Positions 50,966 through 60,474 of a stretch of DNA of 64,000 nt are shown here, piece after piece (the first letter of the stretch is position 1; each line of letters opens with the position of its first letter). A program made the position numbers and the translations under genes. The stretch comes from Blepharisma stoltei ATCC 30299 (lineage: Eukaryota > Protista > Ciliophora): NCBI GenBank assembly GCA_965603825.1, contig CBFDEM010000010.1, forward strand, positions 248,001 to 312,000, given 5' to 3'. A model generated the notes under the pieces. The model was given only the letters and a program-made list of their open reading frames with translations, made no database searches and was not told the DNA's origin.

Positions 50966-52303
50966 ATGGAAGAAGCATCACCAACCCAAAGTATCGAAGT
51001 ATTTATTACCTAGAATTTTGAAATAATTCGCCCACTGGGCCGTGGTGGATACTCTGACGTTTTTCATGTGAAATCAATTGAGACGAATGAAGAATTCGCT
51101 CTTAAAGTAATCAAACGAAATAAGCCAGCGCAGGCTTTGAATAGAGTAAAAAACGAAATAAGCATCCAAATGAAGCTTGAGCACCCTAACATTGTCAAGC
51201 TTCATACAAGTTTTGAGGATTCGTCATTTATCTATCTATTATTGGAATATTGCAGTGGAGGAGAGCTGCACTCGTATATCAAGCAAAAAGAAAGACTCAG
51301 TGAAAGCGAAACTAGACGGCTCTGCAAGCAGATCATTAATGGGATTGACCTTTTGCACTCCAAAGGCATTTTTCATCGAGATTTAAAGCTTGGGAATGTG
51401 CTATTGAACAAAAACAAAACAATTGCAAAAATCGGAGATTTTGGACTTGCAATCGAAATTGAAGGGGACGACGAGATGAGGAGAACGATCTGTGGGACAC
51501 CAAATTATATTTCACCGTAAATTTTATTTAGAGAAGCAGCTTCAAGAAAGCCATATGGGCTGGCATCAGATATATGGGCATTTGGGTGCATTGTTTATGC
51601 GTGCTTAGTTGGAAAGCCACCATTTGATTGCCCAGAAGTAAAGCAGACATTGAATAAAGTGAAAAATTTGGATTATTCAATACCAGACTATTTAAGTCAG
51701 AATGCAAAAGATTTAATTGCGCAGTTACTATCACCTGATCCATGGAAAAGATTATCAACGAGCCAAATAATGTCGCATCCATTTTTTAACAATAATTCGA
51801 TCCCAAAGTTGCAGATCAAAACGGACTACTGCAATAGAGACTATTACGAAGGAGACACGTCACCTCTTATTAAAACAGGAAAAGCAAGGACTGGAACTGA
51901 TACAAAAAATGGTAGTAGAGCATCAATCGCTCATAGCACAAGAACCACTCAATCTTCTGAAGGGGAAAATATGCCTTTAAAGTATGATCAGTCACAACAA
52001 GTCAGAAGAAGCCTCCAGCTCGAAAGCATTCAGCCGCTAAGTCTTTATAATTTAGATCCATTTGTACATACTCTGAATAATGGATATATTGAGATCACAA
52101 ATCAAGGAAGCATAAAGGTTTATATTGCAAAAAGACTTTTAGAGGTATCTTCTGATGGACAAGTAATATTTTACCAGGGAAAAAGGTACACTCTAAAAAC
52201 AATGCCAAGATCAGCTCAAAAATTGTATCTCTATGCATCCAACTGTGTAGATGTGATAAGGAAGCATTCAGTACAAAACTCTTTTGATTCACAATATATT
52301 TAA
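50966..52303 (+). CDS. PLK4: Polo-like kinase 4 (SAK)-like
   Basis: Kinase domain (HRDLKLGN, DFGLA, TICGTPNYISPE after splicing) plus a cryptic polo box 1-like tail (EVSSDGQ..KLYLYASNCVDVIR). Two 15-nt introns. Confidence 0.82.
50999..51013 (+). other. 15-nt intron
   Basis: GTATTTATTACCTAG; joins ATG 50966 to kinase subdomain I. Confidence 0.85.
51517..51531 (+). other. 15-nt intron
   Basis: GTAAATTTTATTTAG; removal restores the kinase GTPNYISPE motif exactly. Confidence 0.95.
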
Positions 52304-52330
52304 AGTAATATAATAAATCATAATTACGAA

Positions 52331-53308
52331 ATGGAGGTGAATCATGAACAAATATTAGAACTAAGGGTGAAATTAATTTAGAGGCAAACAAAGGAGCTTA
52401 AAGATAAATTGCAGAAAGAAAAAGAAGAGCAGGTCAGAAATAATTAGAAAGCAAAAAGCGCGGGTATTCAATTCGTAGTTGAAAAACACTCAAAAATTTA
52501 TTTAAAGTAAGTTTTATTCAGAAAGCCTGCGCTACTGGAAGAGGAAGATTTTGACAGAGTTTTAGTGAATAGGAAGTTTATCAAACTAAGTCAAGTTCAA
52601 GATCTAATAACTCCAGAAACAGTTCTCGAGCAGGATTGGGTTACTGTTGGTATAATTGTTCTCAAATCTGAAGTAAAAAAGGCTAAAAACAATACCAGCT
52701 TCATTATTTTCACCTTAGGAGATCTTGAAGGTCACGAAATTAGATTTTTCTTGTTTGGAGAGGCTCATAATACTTGGTGGAATCTGCCTGTAGGAGAAGT
52801 TATCGCTCTCTTGAATCCTTCACCTTTTCAAGGCAAAGACAACAGCTTATCATACAATATTGAAAAGCCTGGAATGCTGCTCAGAATTGGAGTTTCACTG
52901 TATTATGACAAATGCAATGGTTTTATAGGTAATAAAAGATGTGAAGGGTACGTTAACATCAAATATGGAAGAGTTTGTGGGCTGCACTCAAGGCCAAAAA
53001 TTAAAAGTCTTAGGCCTGAGCTCGCGAAAGCTGATTTTGTGCCTAATAAAAGAGAAAAAGTTGGGCCGCCTAAAAAGCATAATTTGCCAAGGCATGTGTA
53101 TGAGCCGAAACCTTCAGAATTCACACAGTTAGATCGATATTTAGCACTGAGGAATAAGCAAAGCAAGGAATATGTTAAGCCTGTCGAAATTGAAGTAAAT
53201 AATGAAGAAGTTGATGAAAAAATTGCAAACGAGTTAAAAAGGAAATTTATTGAGAAAGAGCAAAATAATGACACAGCTCTTAAAAGATTTAAGCCAAATG
53301 AAATTTAA
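52331..53308 (+). CDS. MCM10: DNA replication factor Mcm10 (OB fold plus CCCH zinc finger)
   Basis: DWVTVGII, LGDL, FLFGEAH, GEVIALLNP, C..C..C..H. Two 15-nt introns link to ATG at 52331. Confidence 0.88.
52367..52381 (+). other. 15-nt intron (GTG donor)
   Basis: GTGAAATTAATTTAG. Confidence 0.82.
52507..52521 (+). other. 15-nt intron
   Basis: GTAAGTTTTATTCAG. Confidence 0.88.
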
Positions 53309-53353
53309 AACTATCGTTTTATGAATTTTAAATAAATAATAAATAAATCCAAT

Positions 53354-54043
53354 ATGATTGGCTTTATGAATACCACTGAAGATGCTAAGAAATTAATTTT
53401 CGAAGCCAATGATACAACAAGGAAGACAACTTTTATTTTGCTCGGCACACTTGCGATAATTTTTATCCACCTTGGACTTTCTGTAGAAGGAACAGGAGCT
53501 GCATGGGAATGCGAGCTGGATAATAGCAGTCCAAAACATTTATACATTTGCAAACAGCTTCGTCAAAGTGCATCTTGCAGAACTCTTACAGGCCCTCTAA
53601 AAGCAGAAATACTGCTGAATTCAAATAATGAGGTCAAAGCATCAGCTTATATTGTCTGTCCTTGGGAAAACGCAATGACTGAGCTGAGGATTTGCTTTGC
53701 ACTTGGGGCTGGGATGGCTCTTTTTATAGGATTATTTTCCTTAATGAAAGAAGACAAAAAACTCGCAGAATTCCATATAAACAGCACAATATTTTTCAGT
53801 TTATTATTGGCAATTGCAGCTACGTTTGATTTATTCGCGATTTCAGATTCGAGAAACAATAATTATGCAATGTGCAATTTAACCAATGATTTTGAGCTTC
53901 AAGAAGGGATTGTTGGGGAAAAAATTGAGTGCACACATACAATATATCAGGTCACTGGATATTTAGGATACGTAGCAGGTGGGCTTTTATTAGTTTCTGC
54001 TTATTATATGAAAAACTGGAAGAATAATTTAACCTTAGATTAG
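53354..54043 (+). CDS. Multi-TM protein with Cys-rich loops
   Basis: 229-aa ORF with about four hydrophobic segments. Confidence 0.75.
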   Translation: MIGFMNTTEDAKKLIFEANDTTRKTTFILLGTLAIIFIHLGLSVEGTGAAWECELDNSSPKHLYICKQLRQSASCRTLTGPLKAEILLNSNNEVKASAYIVCPWENAMTELRICFALGAGMALFIGLFSLMKEDKKLAEFHINSTIFFSLLLAIAATFDLFAISDSRNNNYAMCNLTNDFELQEGIVGEKIECTHTIYQVTGYLGYVAGGLLLVSAYYMKNWKNNLTLD

Positions 54044-54074
54044 CAATAAAATCTTAAGTAAAAAATGTGGAAAA

Positions 54075-56531
54075 CTATACAATACTGTCTCCAGAGATAA
54101 TAGAAGCAATTGACTTCGATATGACAGTTTCGTTTGAGTTCTTTTTTACATGAGAAGATGACTGCTTCTTAATGTTTGGCAACCTTAAATATAGCTCCGC
54201 ACTCATTAGCTGCTCTGCTTCATTTTTTTCACTGTTTTGTTCAAATTCCTTGACCTTTCTCAGCCGATTTTCAAGATGTCTTATTTCTTGCAAGACCAAT
54301 TTATTTCTTTTTTCCTTTTCTTTCTTACTGAACGTAGTACTTCTATTGCTCATGCTATAAAGTAAAGGGAGGCTTGCAAATGTTGGGCTATCGATTTTAG
54401 TTCTAGCTTTCAAATTTGCATGTGTTCTTGAAATCTTCATTTGCTTAGGAGTTTCATCAGAAATTTCATCTAGTTCTTTTTCTTCTTCCTCTCCTTTTCT
54501 TTCTGGGATTTCGCTAAAAAGCTCGTTAATTTCTTCAAATATTTTGGATCGTTGGTCCTGCTCTACTTTGCTAGATAAAGGCTCCATAATTTCAAATCTG
54601 GTTACAAATTGCTCAAAATCGTCTTTAAGAGCAAAAGTGTTCTTTTTGGTAAGTCTTCTGATTTGCCGCTTCTTATGCTCTAAAATTGACTTGACAACGG
54701 GGTCAGTTGTTTTTATATTTTCAGTTGTTTCTGTGATTGAAAATAGCTCTTCCATATCTGCTGAAGCTTTTTTTAGTGCTTCAGTATTGCTTTTACCTTC
54801 AAAATTAGTTTCAAGTTGAAAATTTAGTTCTTGGGTATATTTTCCCATTGCAATTAAAATTGCTTTTAAAATTGATATTGATGTTTGTGATCTCGTCTGC
54901 AAATTTTGATGGCCTACACATATCAGTTTCGGTAAATTATTCAATATATTTAATGCACTTCGGTCTTCAAGATTTGATAAAAAATCTTTGACTTCTTTAG
55001 GATTTGTAAAGTATTTAATGATGGCATTTTCATCTTCATTTTCACTAAGGATCACTGAAAGCTCTCCAGCTTCTTGAAGAAGCTCAGTGAATGAGTTTTT
55101 ACTTGTAGGTGGAAGATAAAGCGAAAACTCAAGCGGCTTTTCAAACATTGATGAAGATTTTTCATTTTTTTTAATTGATGTATCTTTTTTTAGTTCATTA
55201 AACCGCTCTTTAATGTTTTCTATTAACCCTTTAAGTGTTGAACAGTTCGCTTCGTTTTCAATGTATTCAACTTGTTTAATTAGTCTTTGGACTATTTGGA
55301 TCAAGTACAATAAGGCATATATCGAAAAATTTTCGTATGAGGTGGAGAGAGAGTGTTGGAATGGTGTCGGCTTTTCTTCAATTGCAGAAAGCAGCTGGTT
55401 ATAGGTTTTGAAATGATTTTTTTCAAAAAGAGAAGAGGATTTCTCTTTTATTGAATTTATTTCTATTGATAAAGCCCCTCCCAATCCAAATTCTGATAGC
55501 TCAGCTATAAGGTCCTCATATCGTTTTTTGTGGTCTTCTTGGGAGTCCACCAAATTCATATAGTATCTTTCTAAACTTTCATTCTTATATGCAATAAGCT
55601 GATACTCTTTAATTATCTGCTCAGCTTCATTTGGCCCAAATCTTTCTTGATTAATATCCTTGCCCACAATTTCTGATATTTTTTGTAAAAAAACTTTCAC
55701 CTGCTCAGCTGATTCTTTATATTGCCTAAAAGACGCTTGATTCTGATTATAACTTTCCAAGGAATTTTCCAATCTACTAAATAAAACCTTCTTTTTCTGT
55801 CCATACTCTACATTTTTAAGCTTTTTAATTGTAATATCTTTTTTACTTTGCTTTATCTTCTTGTTGATATTATCAAAAATATCCTGCTTTGATTCAATTT
55901 TTTGTGATCTGATCTCTTTACTTTTATTGTAAACTTTATTCATCTTCAAAGCTTCATACTGTGCAATTAATAGGCTTGTTCCGGATTTATGGGATATAGA
56001 CCGGATATCCTCAATATTTTTTGTTAGCCTGGAATATGTTGACGATATTTCATCAATTTTCCCTTTTGCTAAAATATGCTGATCTTTAGTTCTTTTTCAC
56101 ATATAATCTAACTGGTCAGTTGTTTCTTGCTCAAGCAATTCATTTATTTCACAATCTTTAAGTTTTTTATAAAGGCTCTCAATTTCATCAAATAACGTTT
56201 GACAACTTTTCTCAGTATTAATTCTAGCAGATGCTTGGAGGGTATTTCTTGATTTCCCCTTAATTGAGGATATTTCTTTGATTAATGAATTTATTTGCTT
56301 TTGTTTTTGCGAGTTTGAAAACACTAATTCATTCAATTTTTTCATTAGCTTTGCTTTTTGGTTATTTTCTTGAGTTAAATGGCTGAAGTCTGATTTTCGT
56401 CTGTTTAAATATTCGCTTTCAATTTCCTTATCAATTTTATTATACTCTTCGTTGAAATTGGATTGTAGAGTTTCATATTGTTCTTGCTGCATAAATTTCG
56501 GTCCTATGCTATAGCGAGTACGATCACCCAT
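54075..56531 (-). CDS. Coiled-coil hypothetical protein
   Basis: Two ORFs in frame via TGA at 56097. TAG stop. Confidence 0.72.
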
Positions 56532-56549
56532 TTTTTATATCATTAAATA

Positions 56550-57392
56550 TTAATCAGTTATATAAACGACTCGACAAGTCCACCAATCATAAAACCACAA
56601 AATAAAAGTGAGCGTCAAAAAATACGCGATCCATCATTTTTCCTGTCCTTTACTTCTCTCATTTGCACTGTTTAAGTGGTAATTAGCAACTTTCATGTAG
56701 CTTAAACTTTCTTGGGCCTCTTGTAATACTATTTATATATTACTGTGCTGAGTCATTTCTTCATGCTCAAGGACCTTTTGAGCAAAAAATGATAAAATTG
56801 AATTTAATTCATAGGCTGTTTGTTGGGACTTTAAAATTGACTCGTTTTCTTCTTTATATTCTGAAAGCAACTGCTGGTTTTCTGCTTCAAGTCCTTCATT
56901 GGTTTTGACGTTTTCTATTATGCTTCGATGTATTTCTACTGAGGGTTCTTCTTTTGATAAAATATTTGCTCTAGCTTTTTCAAGTTCTTGAATTCTCGCC
57001 AATTGCTTCTGCTTTAAAATTTGGATTTGCTTGGTGATGTCTGTGATATCTGACATATGAGAATATAGGCAAGAAATAATTGAATTAAGATGGCACTCTT
57101 CTGTTTGGTTTTTAGGTTTCTTGAGCTGCTTTAAACTCTCAATTTCTCTATTGCATTTTGCCATAAATGCTCTATATCACTTTTACACAGCTTCATTTTC
57201 AGGTTTAGATTGTAATGAAAATTTATGAGCTTTGAGCTGCTTAAGAGTCTCGGAAAGGCTTGATTTCATGCGAATGATTTGAAAACACTATATAAAGTAT
57301 ACTAAATCTGTAGATTTCTTAATAAATTCACTTGATTTTTCGTTTGGTAAATAAGTGTGCTCTGAAAATATATTTTCTGTAATATCAGTCAT
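56550..57392 (-). CDS. Syntaxin-18/Ufe1-like Qa-SNARE
   Basis: Three 15-nt introns. MTDIT N-terminus, SNARE helix ELNSILSFFAQKVLEHEEM..ANYHLNSA, C-terminal TM anchor. TAA at 56550-56552. Confidence 0.78.
56729..56743 (-). other. 15-nt intron
   Basis: GTAATATATAAATAG. Confidence 0.88.
57172..57186 (-). other. 15-nt intron
   Basis: GTAAAAGTGATATAG. Confidence 0.85.
57288..57302 (-). other. 15-nt intron
   Basis: GTATACTTTATATAG. Confidence 0.85.
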
Positions 57393-57454
57393 AATTATTA
57401 GTTTATTCAAAATTTGATTAAAATTAATTTTTATTTATAATGACTATCAATTTC

Positions 57455-58339
57455 TTAGAAGTAAACTTCTCTTGCTTCTCTTATCTTTGTTTTGCATAAA
57501 GGACATAAAACACCTTGTGCTCGACGCCCAGTTGGTGTATTTAATTGTATCTTCATCTGATCAATCACACATTCCTTGCAAGCAACAATATGCCCACAAG
57601 GTAAAAACACAATATTTTTGACAGAATTCCTACAAAGCAAGCACTCTAAGTCTTGATCCAGTTCATCTTGGCCTGCTTTGCGTTGGCTTTTCAGCTGCGA
57701 ATTTAAATGCCTTATTTGCTCTGAAGAACTTTCATGCTGTTCTTTCATCAATTTTAATTTTCCAAACAAGCACCCACTCAGCTGTGCATATTGAGCATTT
57801 TCTTTGTTTTTCTGTTCAATGGCTTCTTTCAAAGCCAGTGTTTGAGAAAAAATTTCATCCCTTGCGATCTTTGCAGCTTTAATGTAGTTTACAATGGAGT
57901 CCATCCCTTCTCCGAAGAGCTCTGTATACGTAAATTTAAAAATCGCGAGTTTTGAAGCATAGAAAAATGATCCCAAGCCAGGTCTGTCTTGGATATGGGC
58001 CAATAAATAAACAAAGTCGGGGTTGGCTGGATCTCCAAGCTCTACCATTAGGATTGGACTGCTTGAAGGGAGTCCTTGGGTCAAAAGCTGTTCTAGTATG
58101 AAAAAAGAGCTCTGAGAACCTTCTTCGTCTTGAGAAAAGTAGAGAAGTGCACAGACATGATGGGAGAGGTCTTGAGTGAGGAGAAATGGAAGATATGGAA
58201 AATCGAAAATTTGTATCAGCCTTTGAAATATGAGAGTTGAAATATTTTGGGTTGGGGTTGCACCTTGAAAGGACTGAACACTTAATTGGCCAGTAGGGAG
58301 GATAATGTCGAGTTTATAGAAAGACGAGTCAGCTTGCAT
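57455..58339 (-). CDS. RING-finger (C3HC4) E3 ligase-like protein
   Basis: CLLC..VFLPCGHIVACKEC..CPLC at the C-terminus after a coiled coil. Confidence 0.88.
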   Translation of the reverse strand: MQADSSFYKLDIILPTGQLSVQSFQGATPTQNISTLIFQRLIQIFDFPYLPFLLTQDLSHHVCALLYFSQDEEGSQSSFFILEQLLTQGLPSSSPILMVELGDPANPDFVYLLAHIQDRPGLGSFFYASKLAIFKFTYTELFGEGMDSIVNYIKAAKIARDEIFSQTLALKEAIEQKNKENAQYAQLSGCLFGKLKLMKEQHESSSEQIRHLNSQLKSQRKAGQDELDQDLECLLCRNSVKNIVFLPCGHIVACKECVIDQMKIQLNTPTGRRAQGVLCPLCKTKIREAREVYF

Positions 58340-58826
58340 TTTTTGGAATACTTACTTTATTGGCATTAGATTTTAATAATAATTTAATGTATAGAATCTG
58401 ATTTTTAGGGAACTGATTATTGGTGTGCTTATAGATATTTGCAATTAGCACTTAAATAAAGTATAATAAATATCTAAAATTTATCAGTTTTAAATTTTTA
58501 ATGGATTTTTGTATTTAGATTGGCACTCATTTTTTATCCTAATATCTTTAGTTTTAGCTTACTTGATCATTGCTTATTAATATTCTGGTTAATTTATTAA
58601 CAAATACTTGTTAAATTTATGATAAAAATTTATTTCAACATTTCAAAGTGGATCTTGCCTTGTATATGAATTTTTGATCCTTCTTAATTTTTGCACTCCT
58701 TTAAATTTTTTATAAAATAAAAGTCAAGCTTCATTTTGCAACTCATAAAACCTATCCAGATTTCCATGCAGTTTCTATTTAAAATATTTTTAAGTCCAAT
58801 TTTGTCTATTCCACCTTACCACAAAT

Positions 58827-60311
58827 ATGGAAGAGGTCGAGGAGACTAAACCTCAAAAGAGGCAATACGAAAGAGTGACTCTCGAAACAGTGATTCCTCC
58901 ATTACCTCCTAAATCAGAAAGAATTCCAGCCCCCGATGAGCAAAAGCTTGAACGAGAAGTGAAAGCCATAGAAAGAGAAATTGAAAAACTAAAAGCTCTA
59001 AAAGACGGGATCCAGGAAGCAATCACACTTAAAAAAGAAGGAGGAAAAGCTGAAAGCAGAGACGTTTCAGTCAAAGAAGAGAAGAACCTCAAGCTGAACA
59101 ATGTCAAAGATTGGCGAGGAGAACTCAGTCGTTTGCACGAGCGATTCAATGTCCTTAAAGAGGAGTACTCAAATCTCATTGAAGACAACAAAAGAATCAA
59201 GCCAAAAATCCAAATTTTCGACGAAGATGATATTGACAAAACCATTGAAGAAATTGAGGTGAAGCTTGAAACCACGACCATGCCACTTCCAGAAGAAAAA
59301 AAGCTTATACAAAGACTCGGATTTTTGAGGCAATCAAGACCTCTTGCTACTGAATTCAAGGCCAGGTCTGCCAGAATTGCAGAACTCAAAAAAGAAAAAG
59401 ATGCTGTCTGGGCCCAGATTGAAGGTTTGAAAACCCAAATGACTGCTGCTAGATCTGAAATCGACACTATTACTGCTAAAATGAAGGAAAGCAAGGAGAA
59501 GCTTAAGGTGGAAATCCCACAGCTTGTAGAAGAAAGAAAACAGATCCAAGAAAAAATCAAAGAACTTATTGAAAAGAAAAAGCAGGTCAATGATGAGTTT
59601 TATGAACAAAAAAGAAAACACATGGATCAAAAGCGGCATATTGAATATATTGAAAGAGCAACAAAGATAAAGGAAAGACTGATTGAACAAGAAGAAAGGA
59701 AAAAAGCAGAGGAAGAACGCAAAAAGTTAGAAGAAGAAAATAAGCCTCACCCGTACGAAAGAGAAATCACACAGTGCGAAAACTTTATTTCTTATCTTCA
59801 CAGACTTGCTCCAGCTTCAGAGGAGGAAAGCAAAGAAGAGTCGAAAACACAATCAAACGAAGAATTCTTGGCTGGAAAAGAGCAAAGAGGGGCTCAAGAA
59901 AGTGAACAGTGGTTTGGACAGGCAAAGAAGAAAACCAAGAAAAAGAGAGAAAGAACTAAGAAAAAAGAAGCTGAGCCGCTTTTAGCTCTTCCTATCGAAC
60001 TTCTTAATTTCTTCTCATTCACAGGAATCAAAGTCCCTACTAAATCTGAAGAAATTCCTGCTACTATTGAAGAGCTTGAGAAAAAGAGAAACTATTTCGA
60101 GTCATTAGAAGAAAGAGTAGAAGAAAAAGAAGAAAAAACTAAGGTAAAAGCACAGCCTGAACGCTCAGAAATTAAATTCACTGATTTCCCAGCACCTGTT
60201 GAAAGCCAAGTTAAAGAAGAGTATGGAATTTTCAAAGATGAGGGACCTGTACCGAAAAAAGAAGAAACCAAACCCACTCGAGGCAAAAGAAATTTCAGGA
60301 GAGGTAACTAA
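58827..60311 (+). CDS. Coiled-coil protein (Bfr1/proton-pump-interactor-like)
   Basis: ETTTMPLPEEKKLI, HPYEREITQCENFISYL and the late FSFTGIKVP block resemble this family from memory. Confidence 0.65.
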   Translation: MEEVEETKPQKRQYERVTLETVIPPLPPKSERIPAPDEQKLEREVKAIEREIEKLKALKDGIQEAITLKKEGGKAESRDVSVKEEKNLKLNNVKDWRGELSRLHERFNVLKEEYSNLIEDNKRIKPKIQIFDEDDIDKTIEEIEVKLETTTMPLPEEKKLIQRLGFLRQSRPLATEFKARSARIAELKKEKDAVWAQIEGLKTQMTAARSEIDTITAKMKESKEKLKVEIPQLVEERKQIQEKIKELIEKKKQVNDEFYEQKRKHMDQKRHIEYIERATKIKERLIEQEERKKAEEERKKLEEENKPHPYEREITQCENFISYLHRLAPASEEESKEESKTQSNEEFLAGKEQRGAQESEQWFGQAKKKTKKKRERTKKKEAEPLLALPIELLNFFSFTGIKVPTKSEEIPATIEELEKKRNYFESLEERVEEKEEKTKVKAQPERSEIKFTDFPAPVESQVKEEYGIFKDEGPVPKKEETKPTRGKRNFRRGN

Positions 60312-60474
60312 GCTTAATAATCGCAAATAGTTATTTATCACTTTTAACTTGCTATAGCATATGCTTATCAATTCTATTGGTATTAAAGAAGCAAGACTCC
60401 AATGCGTTTCTATTATTTGAAATGCATTAAAAGAATATGCAAGTTTTTTTACATTAAATTAATTTCATTAAACT

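Noticed and set aside
51184-51191. CCCTAACA resembling a heterotrich telomere unit
   Set aside because: Single copy inside kinase coding sequence (HPNI); no tandem array
58853-59590. 245-aa antisense ORF, and similar antisense ORFs over dynein and other genes
   Set aside because: Ser/Phe/Leu-rich shadows of Glu/Lys-rich sense genes, with no recognisable motifs
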